Shown one piece after another: positions 47,022 through 55,909 of a stretch of DNA of 59,599 bases. Made by a program: the position numbers and the translations under genes. The notes under the pieces were generated by a model. The model was not told where the DNA came from. It did not search any database and was given only the letters and a program-made list of their open reading frames with translations. Each line of letters opens with the position of its first letter. The stretch's first letter is position 1. The DNA is from a virus (lineage: Duplodnaviria > Caudoviricetes), in IMG/VR virus record IMGVR_UViG_3300043618_000014, positions 1 to 59,599 of that record; one strand, given 5' to 3'.

Positions 47022-48493
47022 GCGGTGCTCCCCTGTGCGTCGGTGATCTCGGCGATGGTGTCCGGGATGGCGGGGGTGGGGCCCGTGCCATCGTCCGTAC
47101 CGGCACCGGGAGGGGTGGGACCGGGAGCGTCGGTGGGCGCGACGCTCGGGGACGACGGCACGGGGGTTCCTGTGAGGGTCGCCAGGGCGTCCGTCATCGG
47201 CTGACCGTTGTAGGCCAGACGCGTAAGGATCTGCTGACGAGCCTGTTCGGGAGTGGGCTTGGATCCCTCGTCCATACCGGTCGCGGCGCGAAGGGCCTCG
47301 TCGGTGATCGCGACGCGGTCGTGAAGCTGAATGGCACGTTCGGCGATGTCGGGCTTCTGCTGAAGCTCGCTCACGTCGTACCACACGACGTAGCGGCTAC
47401 CACTGTCCTCGGGCACGATGCCCGCTGCCTTGAGCGCGGGCTCAAGGTACCCGACCGTCAGGCCGTTGCAGATCGTTTCGATGATCGGCGAGAGATGGAT
47501 CTTGATGGCCGAATCCTCGATCTGCCACGCGCCCCAGTGGTTCACCCCACCGATGCCCGTAAGAATCTCGGCGGGCACGTTGAGGGAACGCGCGAGACGG
47601 ACAAGCGCCTTGTCCCGCGCGTCAAGGATCTTGTCGGAGACCTCCGACGCGAACGACAGGTGTCGGATCACGTCGGCGTACTGGGACGGAACCTCAAGGG
47701 GGATGGGGATGGCCGCTGCTGCCGACCCCGGATCCTTGATCGCCTGCGACGCCACCTCGATCAACTGGGGGATGAGCGCGTTCGGTGCCTGACTGCTCGT
47801 CGGCAGACCTGCGAACGACATCTCCTGCGGCAGGATCAACAGGCCGTTGGACGCCAGACGCGACGTCAACGTGGTGATGATGTGCCGGTTGTACAGATCG
47901 ATCTCGCCGAGTACCCCGATGACCGACTGAGACGGCGACGTCGCCAACCAGGGCCGCTCCGCGTCGGCGTTGTACACGCGGACGGGGACCTTGTCCGGCG
48001 GGACCGTCTCCCACTCGCTCTGTCCGGTCTGTACCTGAAGCGTCGTGCCGGCCTTCTTGATGATCGACGCGGCGTAGACCTCCCACCGGGACGACTCACT
48101 CGTGCCGGACACGAGGCCGTACGAGTCGCCCGGCACCTGAAGCAGGGTGGTGAACCGGGACATGAGCTGTGACTGACCACCGGGTCCGCCACCGATCCCG
48201 TTCACGATGTCCGCGACCGGGCCCGAGTCGACGATCTCCGGCTCGTCCGCGCCCGGGTCCATGCGCGCGGCGCGCAGACGCACGCGGGAGTTGGCCGAAG
48301 CACACCAGTCGATGGCGTACCGGAACTCTCCCTGTGTGTGGTAGTAGCCCCACGCCGCACTTTGCCAAGCGTCGCGTTGGATGTACAGCGTCCGAGAGTT
48401 CTCGACCAACGTCGCGGCTGCGGTCAGTGTCTCGCTCGCAGTCGACGGGATGTCGATGCGCTCCCGCCGGCCCAACGTCCAACGCTTGGCCAT
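47018..48493 (-). CDS. Portal protein
   Basis: WQ..AW.YY...GE, SR.RL, SRL..NGLL..P, E.LTG....NHW; 491 aa. Confidence 0.88.
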   Translation of the reverse strand: MAKRWTLGRRERIDIPSTASETLTAAATLVENSRTLYIQRDAWQSAAWGYYHTQGEFRYAIDWCASANSRVRLRAARMDPGADEPEIVDSGPVADIVNGIGGGPGGQSQLMSRFTTLLQVPGDSYGLVSGTSESSRWEVYAASIIKKAGTTLQVQTGQSEWETVPPDKVPVRVYNADAERPWLATSPSQSVIGVLGEIDLYNRHIITTLTSRLASNGLLILPQEMSFAGLPTSSQAPNALIPQLIEVASQAIKDPGSAAAAIPIPLEVPSQYADVIRHLSFASEVSDKILDARDKALVRLARSLNVPAEILTGIGGVNHWGAWQIEDSAIKIHLSPIIETICNGLTVGYLEPALKAAGIVPEDSGSRYVVWYDVSELQQKPDIAERAIQLHDRVAITDEALRAATGMDEGSKPTPEQARQQILTRLAYNGQPMTDALATLTGTPVPSSPSVAPTDAPGPTPPGAGTDDGTGPTPAIPDTIAEITDAQGSTA

Positions 48494-48497
48494 GGGG

Positions 48498-48806
48498 TCA
48501 CTCCTCGGGTTCGTGGACCGCCATGTATCCGGTCACGGCGGATGCCGCCGGCCATAGCAACCAGGGCAATGGTACGGACGCGAACTGATCGGTTACCAGC
48601 ACGACCGCTCCGGCCACGTAGACGGACACGCACCACATGCACGTGATCAGGTACGAGAACCAATGCTCGTCGCCCAGTTTCCGCAGCACCCAATCACGCG
48701 GCACGGCCACCGGCGGGAAGGCGTCAAGGGCGATCAGCCGCGACACGCGGTAGGTGACGGGAGGGACCAGGACGACGACGAGGACCGCCATGAGATCGGC
48801 GTTCAC
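48498..48806 (-). CDS. DUF1360-like membrane protein
   Basis: YR.SRLI..D.....R....L.TC.WC.SVY. Confidence 0.8.
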   Translation of the reverse strand: MNADLMAVLVVVLVPPVTYRVSRLIALDAFPPVAVPRDWVLRKLGDEHWFSYLITCMWCVSVYVAGAVVLVTDQFASVPLPWLLWPAASAVTGYMAVHEPEE

Positions 48807-49345
48807 CGCACACCTCGCGCCCACGCGTAGACGTCGCCGGGGTTGGGGTTGTAGCGGACGGAGGTGAACTCGAAGTACTTGTCCAGTTCGGTGGCCAACT
48901 CCCCCTGGGTCACGTTGCCGTACCACTCGCCCGGCGGTGGGGTGTGCTCTCCACTCGCCCCGTGCGCGCCGCGACCGGTGGACGCTGCGGTGAAGAACGC
49001 GAGCATCGGCCCGTTCTCGTGCAGCGCGGACGCGGCGGCGCGGATGATGCCGCGCCAGTGCTCCACGTGTTCGAGGCACTCGGTCGACAGGACGAAGTCC
49101 CATCGAAGCGTGAGCGGATCCGCCGTCCACACGGTGGCGTCGGCCACGATGTCCACGCCAGGGCCGGGGCGGATGTCGAGCCCCATCCAACGCGTCTGGG
49201 GGAACCAGTCCCGGGCGGTGCCGTTGACGTCGCGGCCACCGATGTCGAGTCCGTCCCACGCCGCGACGGACTCACCTCGTGCGGTGAAGTCCACTTCGGC
49301 CGCGCCCACCATGCCGCCTACCGCCTCATACGCTTCCGCGTGCAT
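48803..49345 (-). CDS. Class I SAM-dependent methyltransferase
   Basis: LDIGGRDVNG, GLD...G..VD...D, TECLEH. Confidence 0.85.
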   Translation of the reverse strand: MHAEAYEAVGGMVGAAEVDFTARGESVAAWDGLDIGGRDVNGTARDWFPQTRWMGLDIRPGPGVDIVADATVWTADPLTLRWDFVLSTECLEHVEHWRGIIRAAASALHENGPMLAFFTAASTGRGAHGASGEHTPPPGEWYGNVTQGELATELDKYFEFTSVRYNPNPGDVYAWARGVR

Positions 49346-49354
49346 CGCTCTCCC

Positions 49355-50071
49355 TCACCACGGTTGGAATCCCCACTTGTTCACGAACGTCACCCTGTCG
49401 CGGCCGGCCTGCTCCGCCAACTCAGGGTGCGACGTCGTCCCCTCGTCCGGGTGTCGATGCTCCCACGTCGTCCCGTGTACCACGAGGCGACCGCCGGCGG
49501 CGCAGGCTTGCTGCGCGATGTCGTCGTCCCCGTACCACCATCGGATGGACTCGTCGACCCGTAGCCCGGACTCACCCTTGATCATCCACGCGAACCCGGC
49601 CATCCGGGTGCCGGAGTGGACCAGGGTCCCCGGTGCCTCGTACACGTCCACGCGGTCGGCTCCGTGCCCACTCGTACCGTCGAACGCGTACGGGGACGCG
49701 AGAACGGCGTGGGTGCCCCGCAGCGGTCCTTGCAGTCCGGCGACGAACCCGGGTCCGGCCACGAAGTCGTCGTTGACCACAAGGGTGTCCCACCGTGCGG
49801 CGCGGTTGCCGTTCGCGATCAGGTGCGCGACATCGATTCCCCGGTTCCACAGGCGCGACAGGTTCGGCGGTTGTTCGTCGTCGTACGCCAAGTAGTCGAC
49901 CCCGTCGTACGCCAAGTAGTCGACCCCGTCGAACGCGTCCACCCGAGGATCACTCGCGTTGTCGATCACGATCACGTAGTGCACCTGTGGTGCCAACGCC
50001 GCGACGCAGTCACGTAGGTCGTCGGGCCTGTTGTGCGTGACGATCACGGCGTGGACCGGTACGACGCTCAT
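49355..50071 (-). CDS. Glycosyltransferase family 2
   Basis: VIVTHNR, VIDNAS, WNRG, VNDD, WWYGDDD. Confidence 0.88.
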   Translation of the reverse strand: MSVVPVHAVIVTHNRPDDLRDCVAALAPQVHYVIVIDNASDPRVDAFDGVDYLAYDGVDYLAYDDEQPPNLSRLWNRGIDVAHLIANGNRAARWDTLVVNDDFVAGPGFVAGLQGPLRGTHAVLASPYAFDGTSGHGADRVDVYEAPGTLVHSGTRMAGFAWMIKGESGLRVDESIRWWYGDDDIAQQACAAGGRLVVHGTTWEHRHPDEGTTSHPELAEQAGRDRVTFVNKWGFQPW

Positions 50072-50131
50072 GTGCTCACCCTCCCGAGACGAGATGATCA
50101 GCCTACCCGTGTCGTCACACCGTGTCGTGCT

Positions 50132-50199
50132 TCCTCAATGTCCGATATTTCAACATATCCACACCCTGACAAGTCGGACAACTATTTTGTACGGTCCTA
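50132..50199. repeat. 68-bp AT-rich inverted repeat, left copy
   Basis: Exact reverse complement of 50917-50984. Confidence 0.95.
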
Positions 50200-50257
50200 T
50201 GTGTACGCACAGGAAAGCCCCGGCCAACCGGCCGGGGCTGCGAGTAGGGCGAGGCGA

Positions 50258-50506
50258 TCAGCGACCGAAGCGAACCATCTGGTCGACCATCATCGTCCGT
50301 GTAACCGCCCAGGAAGCGGCGTCCAGAGTCAGCTCCACGCGGTCCTTGCCATGCGGGTTGTTGTTGTCGATGAACCTGACTGACACAACCCGAGCGAACG
50401 CGTAGTCACCGATGCCGCACTTGGTGTCGAACCAGTCGCCCGGCCTGACGTGGTCGGCGCGGTCGTGGTGAAGAGTGACTGCGTTGAAGTCGATCAGGTT
50501 CCGCAT
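50258..50506 (-). CDS. Hypothetical protein
   Basis: Own promoter (50550-50589) and AGGGAG RBS; terminator 50217-50240. Confidence 0.8.
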   Translation of the reverse strand: MRNLIDFNAVTLHHDRADHVRPGDWFDTKCGIGDYAFARVVSVRFIDNNNPHGKDRVELTLDAASWAVTRTMMVDQMVRFGR

Positions 50507-50597
50507 GGTGTGTCTCCCTGTTTCCGCTTCTCTGTGCTGACAAGTAGAACTCTACCGACAGAGAGGGGGTGGTGTCAACACCCCCTCTCGGGTTCCT

Positions 50598-50828
50598 TCA
50601 GCGGTCCAGGATCACCGTGGCCGGCTGAGTGAAGTTGTCACCGGCGTCCATGACGTTCGAGGCGCTCGCGCGGTAGGTGGTGATGCTCTGACCGGTCCGC
50701 GCGCTGTACCACTGCGCCGCCTTCTGCGTCGCGCTGCGGGCGGTGGCAACGCGGCCCTGGACAGTCGGGCCGGCCGCGACGAACTTGCCGGCGTTGTCCA
50801 GGATTTCGGTGCGGTAGGTGTTCGACAT
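50598..50828 (-). CDS. Hypothetical protein
   Basis: Own promoter TTGACA-17-TAGTGT (50872-50900); RBS. Confidence 0.8.
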   Translation of the reverse strand: MSNTYRTEILDNAGKFVAAGPTVQGRVATARSATQKAAQWYSARTGQSITTYRASASNVMDAGDNFTQPATVILDR

Positions 50829-50916
50829 GGTGTGCTCCCTCGTCGTGTTCTTCGTTGTGCTGACATGTAGAACACTACGGCAGGGAGGGGGATGTGTCAA
50901 CACCCCCCTCCCTGCT

Positions 50917-50984
50917 TAGGACCGTACAAAATAGTTGTCCGACTTGTCAGGGTGTGGATATGTTGAAATATCGGACATTGAGGA
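50917..50984. repeat. 68-bp AT-rich inverted repeat, right copy
   Basis: Exact reverse complement of 50132-50199. Confidence 0.95.
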
Positions 50985-50985
50985 C

Positions 50986-51159
50986 CTACGGGCACGGTGC
51001 ACCTGCGATGGCGGCCGGCACAGTCGCGTCGTCGATGGCGTCTTCCACGCGCCGCATGAGCACGTACAGCGCGTTCGTGAGGGTGCCGGCGTCCTCCATG
51101 TCCCGAAGCTCCACGTACGCCGCGTGCATGTAGGTGTCGCTGATCTCGATCTTGGACAT
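50986..51159 (-). CDS. Small hypothetical protein (MSKIEISDTY...)
   Basis: AAGGAG RBS; 57 aa. Confidence 0.65.
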   Translation of the reverse strand: MSKIEISDTYMHAAYVELRDMEDAGTLTNALYVLMRRVEDAIDDATVPAAIAGAPCP

Positions 51160-51222
51160 CGTGTGTCTCCTTGTCGAATGGGGCAGGGAGCGGCGCGCAC
51201 GGTCGGTGCGCGCCGCAGGCGG

Positions 51223-51606
51223 TCACAGTTCGTGGCTGTACAACCTGCGGCGGGACACACCACCCTCAAGGCGGAACCAGTCGCGGCAGTCGGCACTGAC
51301 GCGGATGTACTCGGTCGCCTCCGCAGTGGTCACGGCGTAGAAACGCTCGATCTCGTCGCCGGCCTTGTTGGTCACGGTCCACATGTCGGACGGCGCGGAA
51401 ACCGGGGTCGGGTTCAGGTTGCGGGCGGGGCGGACCCTGGCGCAGTTACCGCAGAACCGAAGGGTGCCGGCCACGAGGCCCTTCGCGGCGTCCGGACCGT
51501 ACACCTTGTTGACGGACACCCGGCCGCAGACACTGTGTCGGTTGCCTTCGGGGTTGGTGTGAAGCACGTTGCCACCGGCGCGGACGGTGGTGAGCTGAGT
51601 AGCCAT
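51223..51606 (-). CDS. Hypothetical protein (H/C metal-binding motif)
   Basis: Own promoter and RBS; H..CG...CGNC. Confidence 0.8.
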   Translation of the reverse strand: MATQLTTVRAGGNVLHTNPEGNRHSVCGRVSVNKVYGPDAAKGLVAGTLRFCGNCARVRPARNLNPTPVSAPSDMWTVTNKAGDEIERFYAVTTAEATEYIRVSADCRDWFRLEGGVSRRRLYSHEL

Positions 51607-51648
51607 GGTGTGTCTCCCTGTTTCCGCTTCCCTGTGCTGACATGTAGA

Positions 51649-51743
51649 ACACTACCCGCCGCGACCGACAGGTGTCAACACCCCAGGGTAAGAAAGATTT
51701 CCGAGAGGGGGTGTTGACACGACTCGCCTCGGTCGACTAGTGT
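51649..51743. promoter_or_regulatory. Divergent promoter pair (genome strand switch)
   Basis: GGGGTGTTGACA..TAGTGT on both strands, each followed by TCTACATGTCAGCACA. Confidence 0.85.
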
Positions 51744-51777
51744 TCTACATGTCAGCACAACGAACGAGGGAGTCACC

Positions 51778-51963
51778 GTGAACCCGTTGGAACTGAGGTA
51801 CGAGGTCTACAAGCCCCTGGTTGACAAGCTCACTGACGGCGGTCGGTCGCGGGTGGTCTTGATCCCGCCGCGACCGGGTGGCCCCGTGAAGATCGAAGTC
51901 CACGTGCGGGACGCGATGTCCGACGAGACTCGCGAGTACGTCATCACCATCGAAGAGAAGTGA
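51778..51963 (+). CDS. Hypothetical protein
   Basis: GAGGGAG RBS after promoter. Confidence 0.75.
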   Translation: MNPLELRYEVYKPLVDKLTDGGRSRVVLIPPRPGGPVKIEVHVRDAMSDETREYVITIEEK

Positions 51964-51971
51964 GGCACACC

Positions 51972-52244
51972 GTGACAGGCGAGACCCACCTGAAGAACGT
52001 CCTACACGTGGCAAGGCAGGCCGGCTTCGTCGCCACCCACTACCACCGGGGGATGGCCGGTACGACCCAGATGGTCCACGCCAACGGAAACATGCTGATG
52101 GTCCTGTTCGAGGATGGCGCCTTCCACGCGGCCACGGGTTACGGATGGGACGACGCGCCGTGGACCGGGGCGACGTGGAGTACGGCCGACTACGAGACGT
52201 TCACCCGCATGATCCTCACGGCGGAAGCGCCTTCCTGGTCCTGA
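51972..52244 (+). CDS. Hypothetical protein
   Basis: GAGG RBS. Confidence 0.7.
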   Translation: MTGETHLKNVLHVARQAGFVATHYHRGMAGTTQMVHANGNMLMVLFEDGAFHAATGYGWDDAPWTGATWSTADYETFTRMILTAEAPSWS

Positions 52245-52292
52245 CCGCACACACCTCGATCACCGCACACCACATCACACGAGAGGCACGAC

Positions 52293-52598
52293 ATGAGCGA
52301 CCGTAAGCTGTCCGAGACTCAGGTGGCCGCACTGTGCGGCCTGCGACAGGCCGGCATCACCCGCGACCGCGAAGGGGTCAGCGTGGCCACGGCCGGCGCC
52401 CTGAAGGATCGTGGGCTGGTCATGGTCCACCCGGTCTGGCACGAGGAGCTGAACGACCTCACGGGCCGCATGCGGCGGCGCGCCGGATGGATCATGGACG
52501 TGACCGGTAAGGGCGCGGAGATCGCGGACGCCGTGTTGGACGCGATCGACGCGGACGCCGTCGACCAGGCCGCGCAATCCGCGTGGCTGGGTCGATGA
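52293..52598 (+). CDS. Hypothetical protein (wHTH-like)
   Basis: LS.TQ..AL....T..AL..RGLV.....VT.KG. Confidence 0.7.
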   Translation: MSDRKLSETQVAALCGLRQAGITRDREGVSVATAGALKDRGLVMVHPVWHEELNDLTGRMRRRAGWIMDVTGKGAEIADAVLDAIDADAVDQAAQSAWLGR

Positions 52599-52786
52599 TC
52601 GTCTACCTACTCAAGGCACGGCGCACCGCAGTCGGGTGGGAGATGTTGAACACCGACCACATAGCGCCGATTCGCGTCCCCGTCCCGAATCTGTACGGGT
52701 TCAACATCGGGGACCGCGTCTGCGGCACACTGGTGTCCGTGACCGTCACGCCGCATTCGATCGTCCTGGGCATCGAAGAGGACTAG
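52595..52786 (+). CDS. Hypothetical protein
   Basis: ATGA coupling. Confidence 0.6.
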   Translation: MIVYLLKARRTAVGWEMLNTDHIAPIRVPVPNLYGFNIGDRVCGTLVSVTVTPHSIVLGIEED

Positions 52787-52867
52787 GCCGGCAGGCGAGG
52801 GTGTTGACACACCCCCGCCTTGCTCGGTAGGCTCTACCTGTACCCACAACGACAAGGGAGACACACT

Positions 52868-53173
52868 ATGAGCCGCCGCAAGACTCCTCGCAAACTTCGA
52901 TTCGCCAAACCGGCCAGTGTCGTAGACGTCGGGTGGGCATTCGCCAACGACTCGAACGCAGACGGTCACCACGTGGTGATACTCCCACTGCGAACGGAGG
53001 TCGAGCCGGACCGCTCGCTGATTCTGGACATGTCCCCGACGACGGCGCGCATGCTGGCCGCGCACCTGATCAAGAGCGCCGACAAGGCAGAGGCAAACAA
53101 CGCGACGGACGCCGAATCGGGTGTGATCGTCGCACCGTACAGCCCGCCGGCCATATCACCGGTGCAGTACTGA
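52868..53173 (+). CDS. Hypothetical protein
   Basis: Own promoter TTGACA-18-TAGGCT and RBS. Confidence 0.8.
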   Translation: MSRRKTPRKLRFAKPASVVDVGWAFANDSNADGHHVVILPLRTEVEPDRSLILDMSPTTARMLAAHLIKSADKAEANNATDAESGVIVAPYSPPAISPVQY

Positions 53174-53256
53174 TCGACAAGGGCAGGGGGTGTTGACGCA
53201 CTCCCTGCCCGTTCGGTAGGCTCTACCTGTACCCACAACGACAAGGGAGACACACC

Positions 53257-53547
53257 GTGCTCAAGAAGATCAAGACCGCGATCGTCGGATTCCGCCGCGA
53301 GGGTGTGCCCGCCTACACGTCGTCCGCCACCTACCTGGGCGAGTCGAGCCGTGAGGCCGGCATGTACCGCGTGGCCACCACGTTCGCCGACATCACCGAC
53401 GCCAACCGCCGTGCCACGCTCCTCATGACGCCGCAGGAGGCCCGCGTCTACGCCGCGTGGCTGACCATGGAAGCGGCCTACGCCGACCACCTGAACGAGG
53501 GTCGCGTGGAAGACGTCGTACCGCGTGTGGTCGCGCCGGACGCGTGA
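53257..53547 (+). CDS. Hypothetical protein
   Basis: Own promoter TTGACG-18-TAGGCT and RBS. Confidence 0.8.
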   Translation: MLKKIKTAIVGFRREGVPAYTSSATYLGESSREAGMYRVATTFADITDANRRATLLMTPQEARVYAAWLTMEAAYADHLNEGRVEDVVPRVVAPDA

Positions 53548-53551
53548 CACC

Positions 53552-53731
53552 GTGGACCTTGACGAACTTTGGGAACGTGACCGCAAGACGTGCGCGCTCT
53601 GCGGGAAGTACGTCAAGTTCAAGGACGCGACCCGCGACCACCGCATACCCAAGTCCAAGGGTGGCCCGGGGACGGACGACAACATCCAATTGGCGCACTG
53701 GCGCTGCAACCAGAAGAAGAGCGACTCATGA
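53552..53731 (+). CDS. Small HNH endonuclease
   Basis: RD..TCALCG...DH.IPKSKGG....N.QLAH..CN. Confidence 0.85.
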   Translation: MDLDELWERDRKTCALCGKYVKFKDATRDHRIPKSKGGPGTDDNIQLAHWRCNQKKSDS

Positions 53732-53862
53732 CCGACCACACGGGCGACGCACACCCGATCGGGACGTCGTCGACATGCCGCGCCTGCCTGAGCAGGTGCT
53801 TCTGCCAGGGTGACTTCGAATGCGTCAAGCACTGGATAGAGCGGATGCGGAGGAAGCTGTGA
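53728..53862 (+). CDS. Small Cys-rich protein
   Basis: ATGA coupling; CRAC..CFC....C. Confidence 0.5.
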   Translation: MTDHTGDAHPIGTSSTCRACLSRCFCQGDFECVKHWIERMRRKL

Positions 53863-54140
53863 ACTGTGCGGACTGTGACGACCCCCGTGACCACACGTGG
53901 CCGGCGTACAGCGACCTGTGCGGCGGATGTACGGAGCGACGACAGGCGTCGTGGGACGACGTCGACCCGGAAGGATACGAGTGAAGACGATGGGAAAACA
54001 CGTCACGATCGAAACGGAGTACGGGCCGATCACGGTCACGCGGCACCTGCGAGAACTGTGGGACAAGTACGGGTGGCCGACCGAGAAGACGCTACGCCGC
54101 ATGGCCGCGACGGAGCTGGAGATCAGGGAGGCAGACGGCC

Positions 54141-54374
54141 GTGGGTGAGAAGCGCACCTGGTCCGTACCGGTGTACACGTTCGCCACGACCGCCGTCGAC
54201 TTCATCACCGACATCGACCCGGTCACCGACCCGGACGCCTTCAAGGAGGCATTCGACAACGTCGGGTTCGACTTCCCGACCGCCAACCTGTCCAACGACT
54301 TCGAGCTTGCCGAGTGGGAGATCTCGTGCAAGGTCGACGGCACGCCGGATGTTTGGATCCCGAAGGACGAGTGA
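54141..54374 (+). CDS. Acidic hypothetical protein
   Basis: GGAGG RBS. Confidence 0.7.
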   Translation: MGEKRTWSVPVYTFATTAVDFITDIDPVTDPDAFKEAFDNVGFDFPTANLSNDFELAEWEISCKVDGTPDVWIPKDE

Positions 54375-54463
54375 ACCCGTAGGCCCCGGGGTGTTGACGC
54401 ACCCCGGGGCACGGCGTACAGTGGTTCCTGTACCGACATGTAGGACACGAGAGACGAGGCGTT

Positions 54464-54757
54464 ATGACGGACATGCGGAAGGTGGCCGGTGATCTGTACT
54501 CCCTGGCCAACGGGATGGACAAGGGTGGCGACCCGTTGCGCGCCGTGCGCGCGGCGCAGAAGGTGATGGGTCGGGACGTGCGGGTGGCGCTGATCGACCC
54601 CCCGGCCAACCTGGGCAACTGCAACAAGGGCCGACGCCTCATGGACAGCATGAGCCGGGCGTTCGGCAAGGTGGAAGGTGGCAACACCAACCCGATCAAC
54701 GTGGCCGCGTGCGCGAGCGTCATGCGGGACATCGCAGGCGAGTGTTCCAAGTGGTAG
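54464..54757 (+). CDS. Hypothetical protein
   Basis: Own promoter TTGACG-17-TACAGT (54394-54422). Confidence 0.75.
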   Translation: MTDMRKVAGDLYSLANGMDKGGDPLRAVRAAQKVMGRDVRVALIDPPANLGNCNKGRRLMDSMSRAFGKVEGGNTNPINVAACASVMRDIAGECSKW

Positions 54758-54938
54758 CGGCGGAGCACACCCCGGGTGTGCGTTGCGGTCAGGCGTCCTG
54801 CCTCGTGGTCGCGGCGTACGCCGTGCGCGCGAACGGTAGCCGGGAGTGGTCGTACGCCTGCGGGTGGCACGTGGCCCGCGTGACCAGGAACCGCGTCGCG
54901 GCGTCGGTGGACGGTAAGGCGATCACGGAGATGCTCGG

Positions 54939-55118
54939 ATGAGCCGGCGCTTCGGCAAGGGCGACCGCATCGTGTTCCGAACGGGCGACGGTCCCGAGAC
55001 ACGTGGCACGGTCCAGGGCTACGAGGACGTGCCGCCGTACGGTGAGCAACTGATCGTCAAGTGGGACGACGGTCTGATCGGGAGTACGGCGGACGACGGC
55101 GACGTGAGGAAGGCGTGA
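54939..55118 (+). CDS. Small SH3-like hypothetical protein
   Basis: GDRIVF...RGTV...IVKWDDG; ATGA coupling. Confidence 0.6.
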   Translation: MSRRFGKGDRIVFRTGDGPETRGTVQGYEDVPPYGEQLIVKWDDGLIGSTADDGDVRKA

Positions 55119-55267
55119 GCGCGGACAAGCCGTACGCCGTGTGCGCGAGGTGCGGCACCGGGCTCCACTGGTACGGAGTGATCGATCGGTACGTGCACAC
55201 CGGGAACACCGGACAGTACGTCCCGGCGGATCACGCGCCGCAGCCGATCCGGCAGCGGAAGGCGTAA
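55115..55267 (+). CDS. Small zinc-finger-like protein (paralog of 55724..55864)
   Basis: ADKP..VC..C...L.WYG.I.RY.HTG. Confidence 0.7.
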   Translation: MSADKPYAVCARCGTGLHWYGVIDRYVHTGNTGQYVPADHAPQPIRQRKA

Positions 55268-55343
55268 ACCGACAGGGGGTGTTGACACTACGTCGACACC
55301 CCCTGTATCCTTGTGGGGACAACAACGAACAAGGGAGCCACGC

Positions 55344-55722
55344 CATGACGAAGACCCCCACCGGCCGCGAGTCGATCACCCTCACGTTCGCGGCATCCCG
55401 TGACAACGACTTCGATCACGAGGGGCCGACCCGGAAGGCGTGGTTGAGTGACGTGTACGGCCTCGTGATCCACACATCCGTGATCAGCAACATGGCGCCC
55501 AAGTGGGCGGTGTCCCACACCCGCAGCGGGTACGCGATCGGGTATGCCGACACCTGGGAGGACGCCTTGTACCTCGCCGACCGGTTGGGCGAATGCGGCT
55601 CCTGGAACCGGGACATCGAAGGGATCAAGGACGACCACCCGTTCCGTGTCCGTGCGGCAGAGGTCGTACGCGAACACGGGAAGACGTCGTACCGCAGGCT
55701 GGCCGGGAGCGTGTGGGGCTGA
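55344..55722 (+). CDS. Hypothetical protein
   Basis: Own promoter TTGACA-18-TATCCT; AAGGGAG RBS. Confidence 0.75.
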
Positions 55723-55723
55723 C

Positions 55724-55864
55724 ATGGCCGACAAACCCGAAGACAAGGTATGCGTCCACTGCCGAGGCATCCTCGTCTGGTACGGCGCGATCGGGCGGTA
55801 CCTGCACACAGGCGACAAAGGACAGTTCACGATTCGCGATCACGCGCCCACCCCGATCGAGTAG
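55724..55864 (+). CDS. Small zinc-finger-like protein (paralog of 55115..55267)
   Basis: Same motif; followed by terminator 55877-55909. Confidence 0.7.
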   Translation: MADKPEDKVCVHCRGILVWYGAIGRYLHTGDKGQFTIRDHAPTPIE

Positions 55865-55909
55865 GGACCGCGCACGGAAGGCCCTGAGCGCTTGTCTCGG
55901 GGCCTTCCG

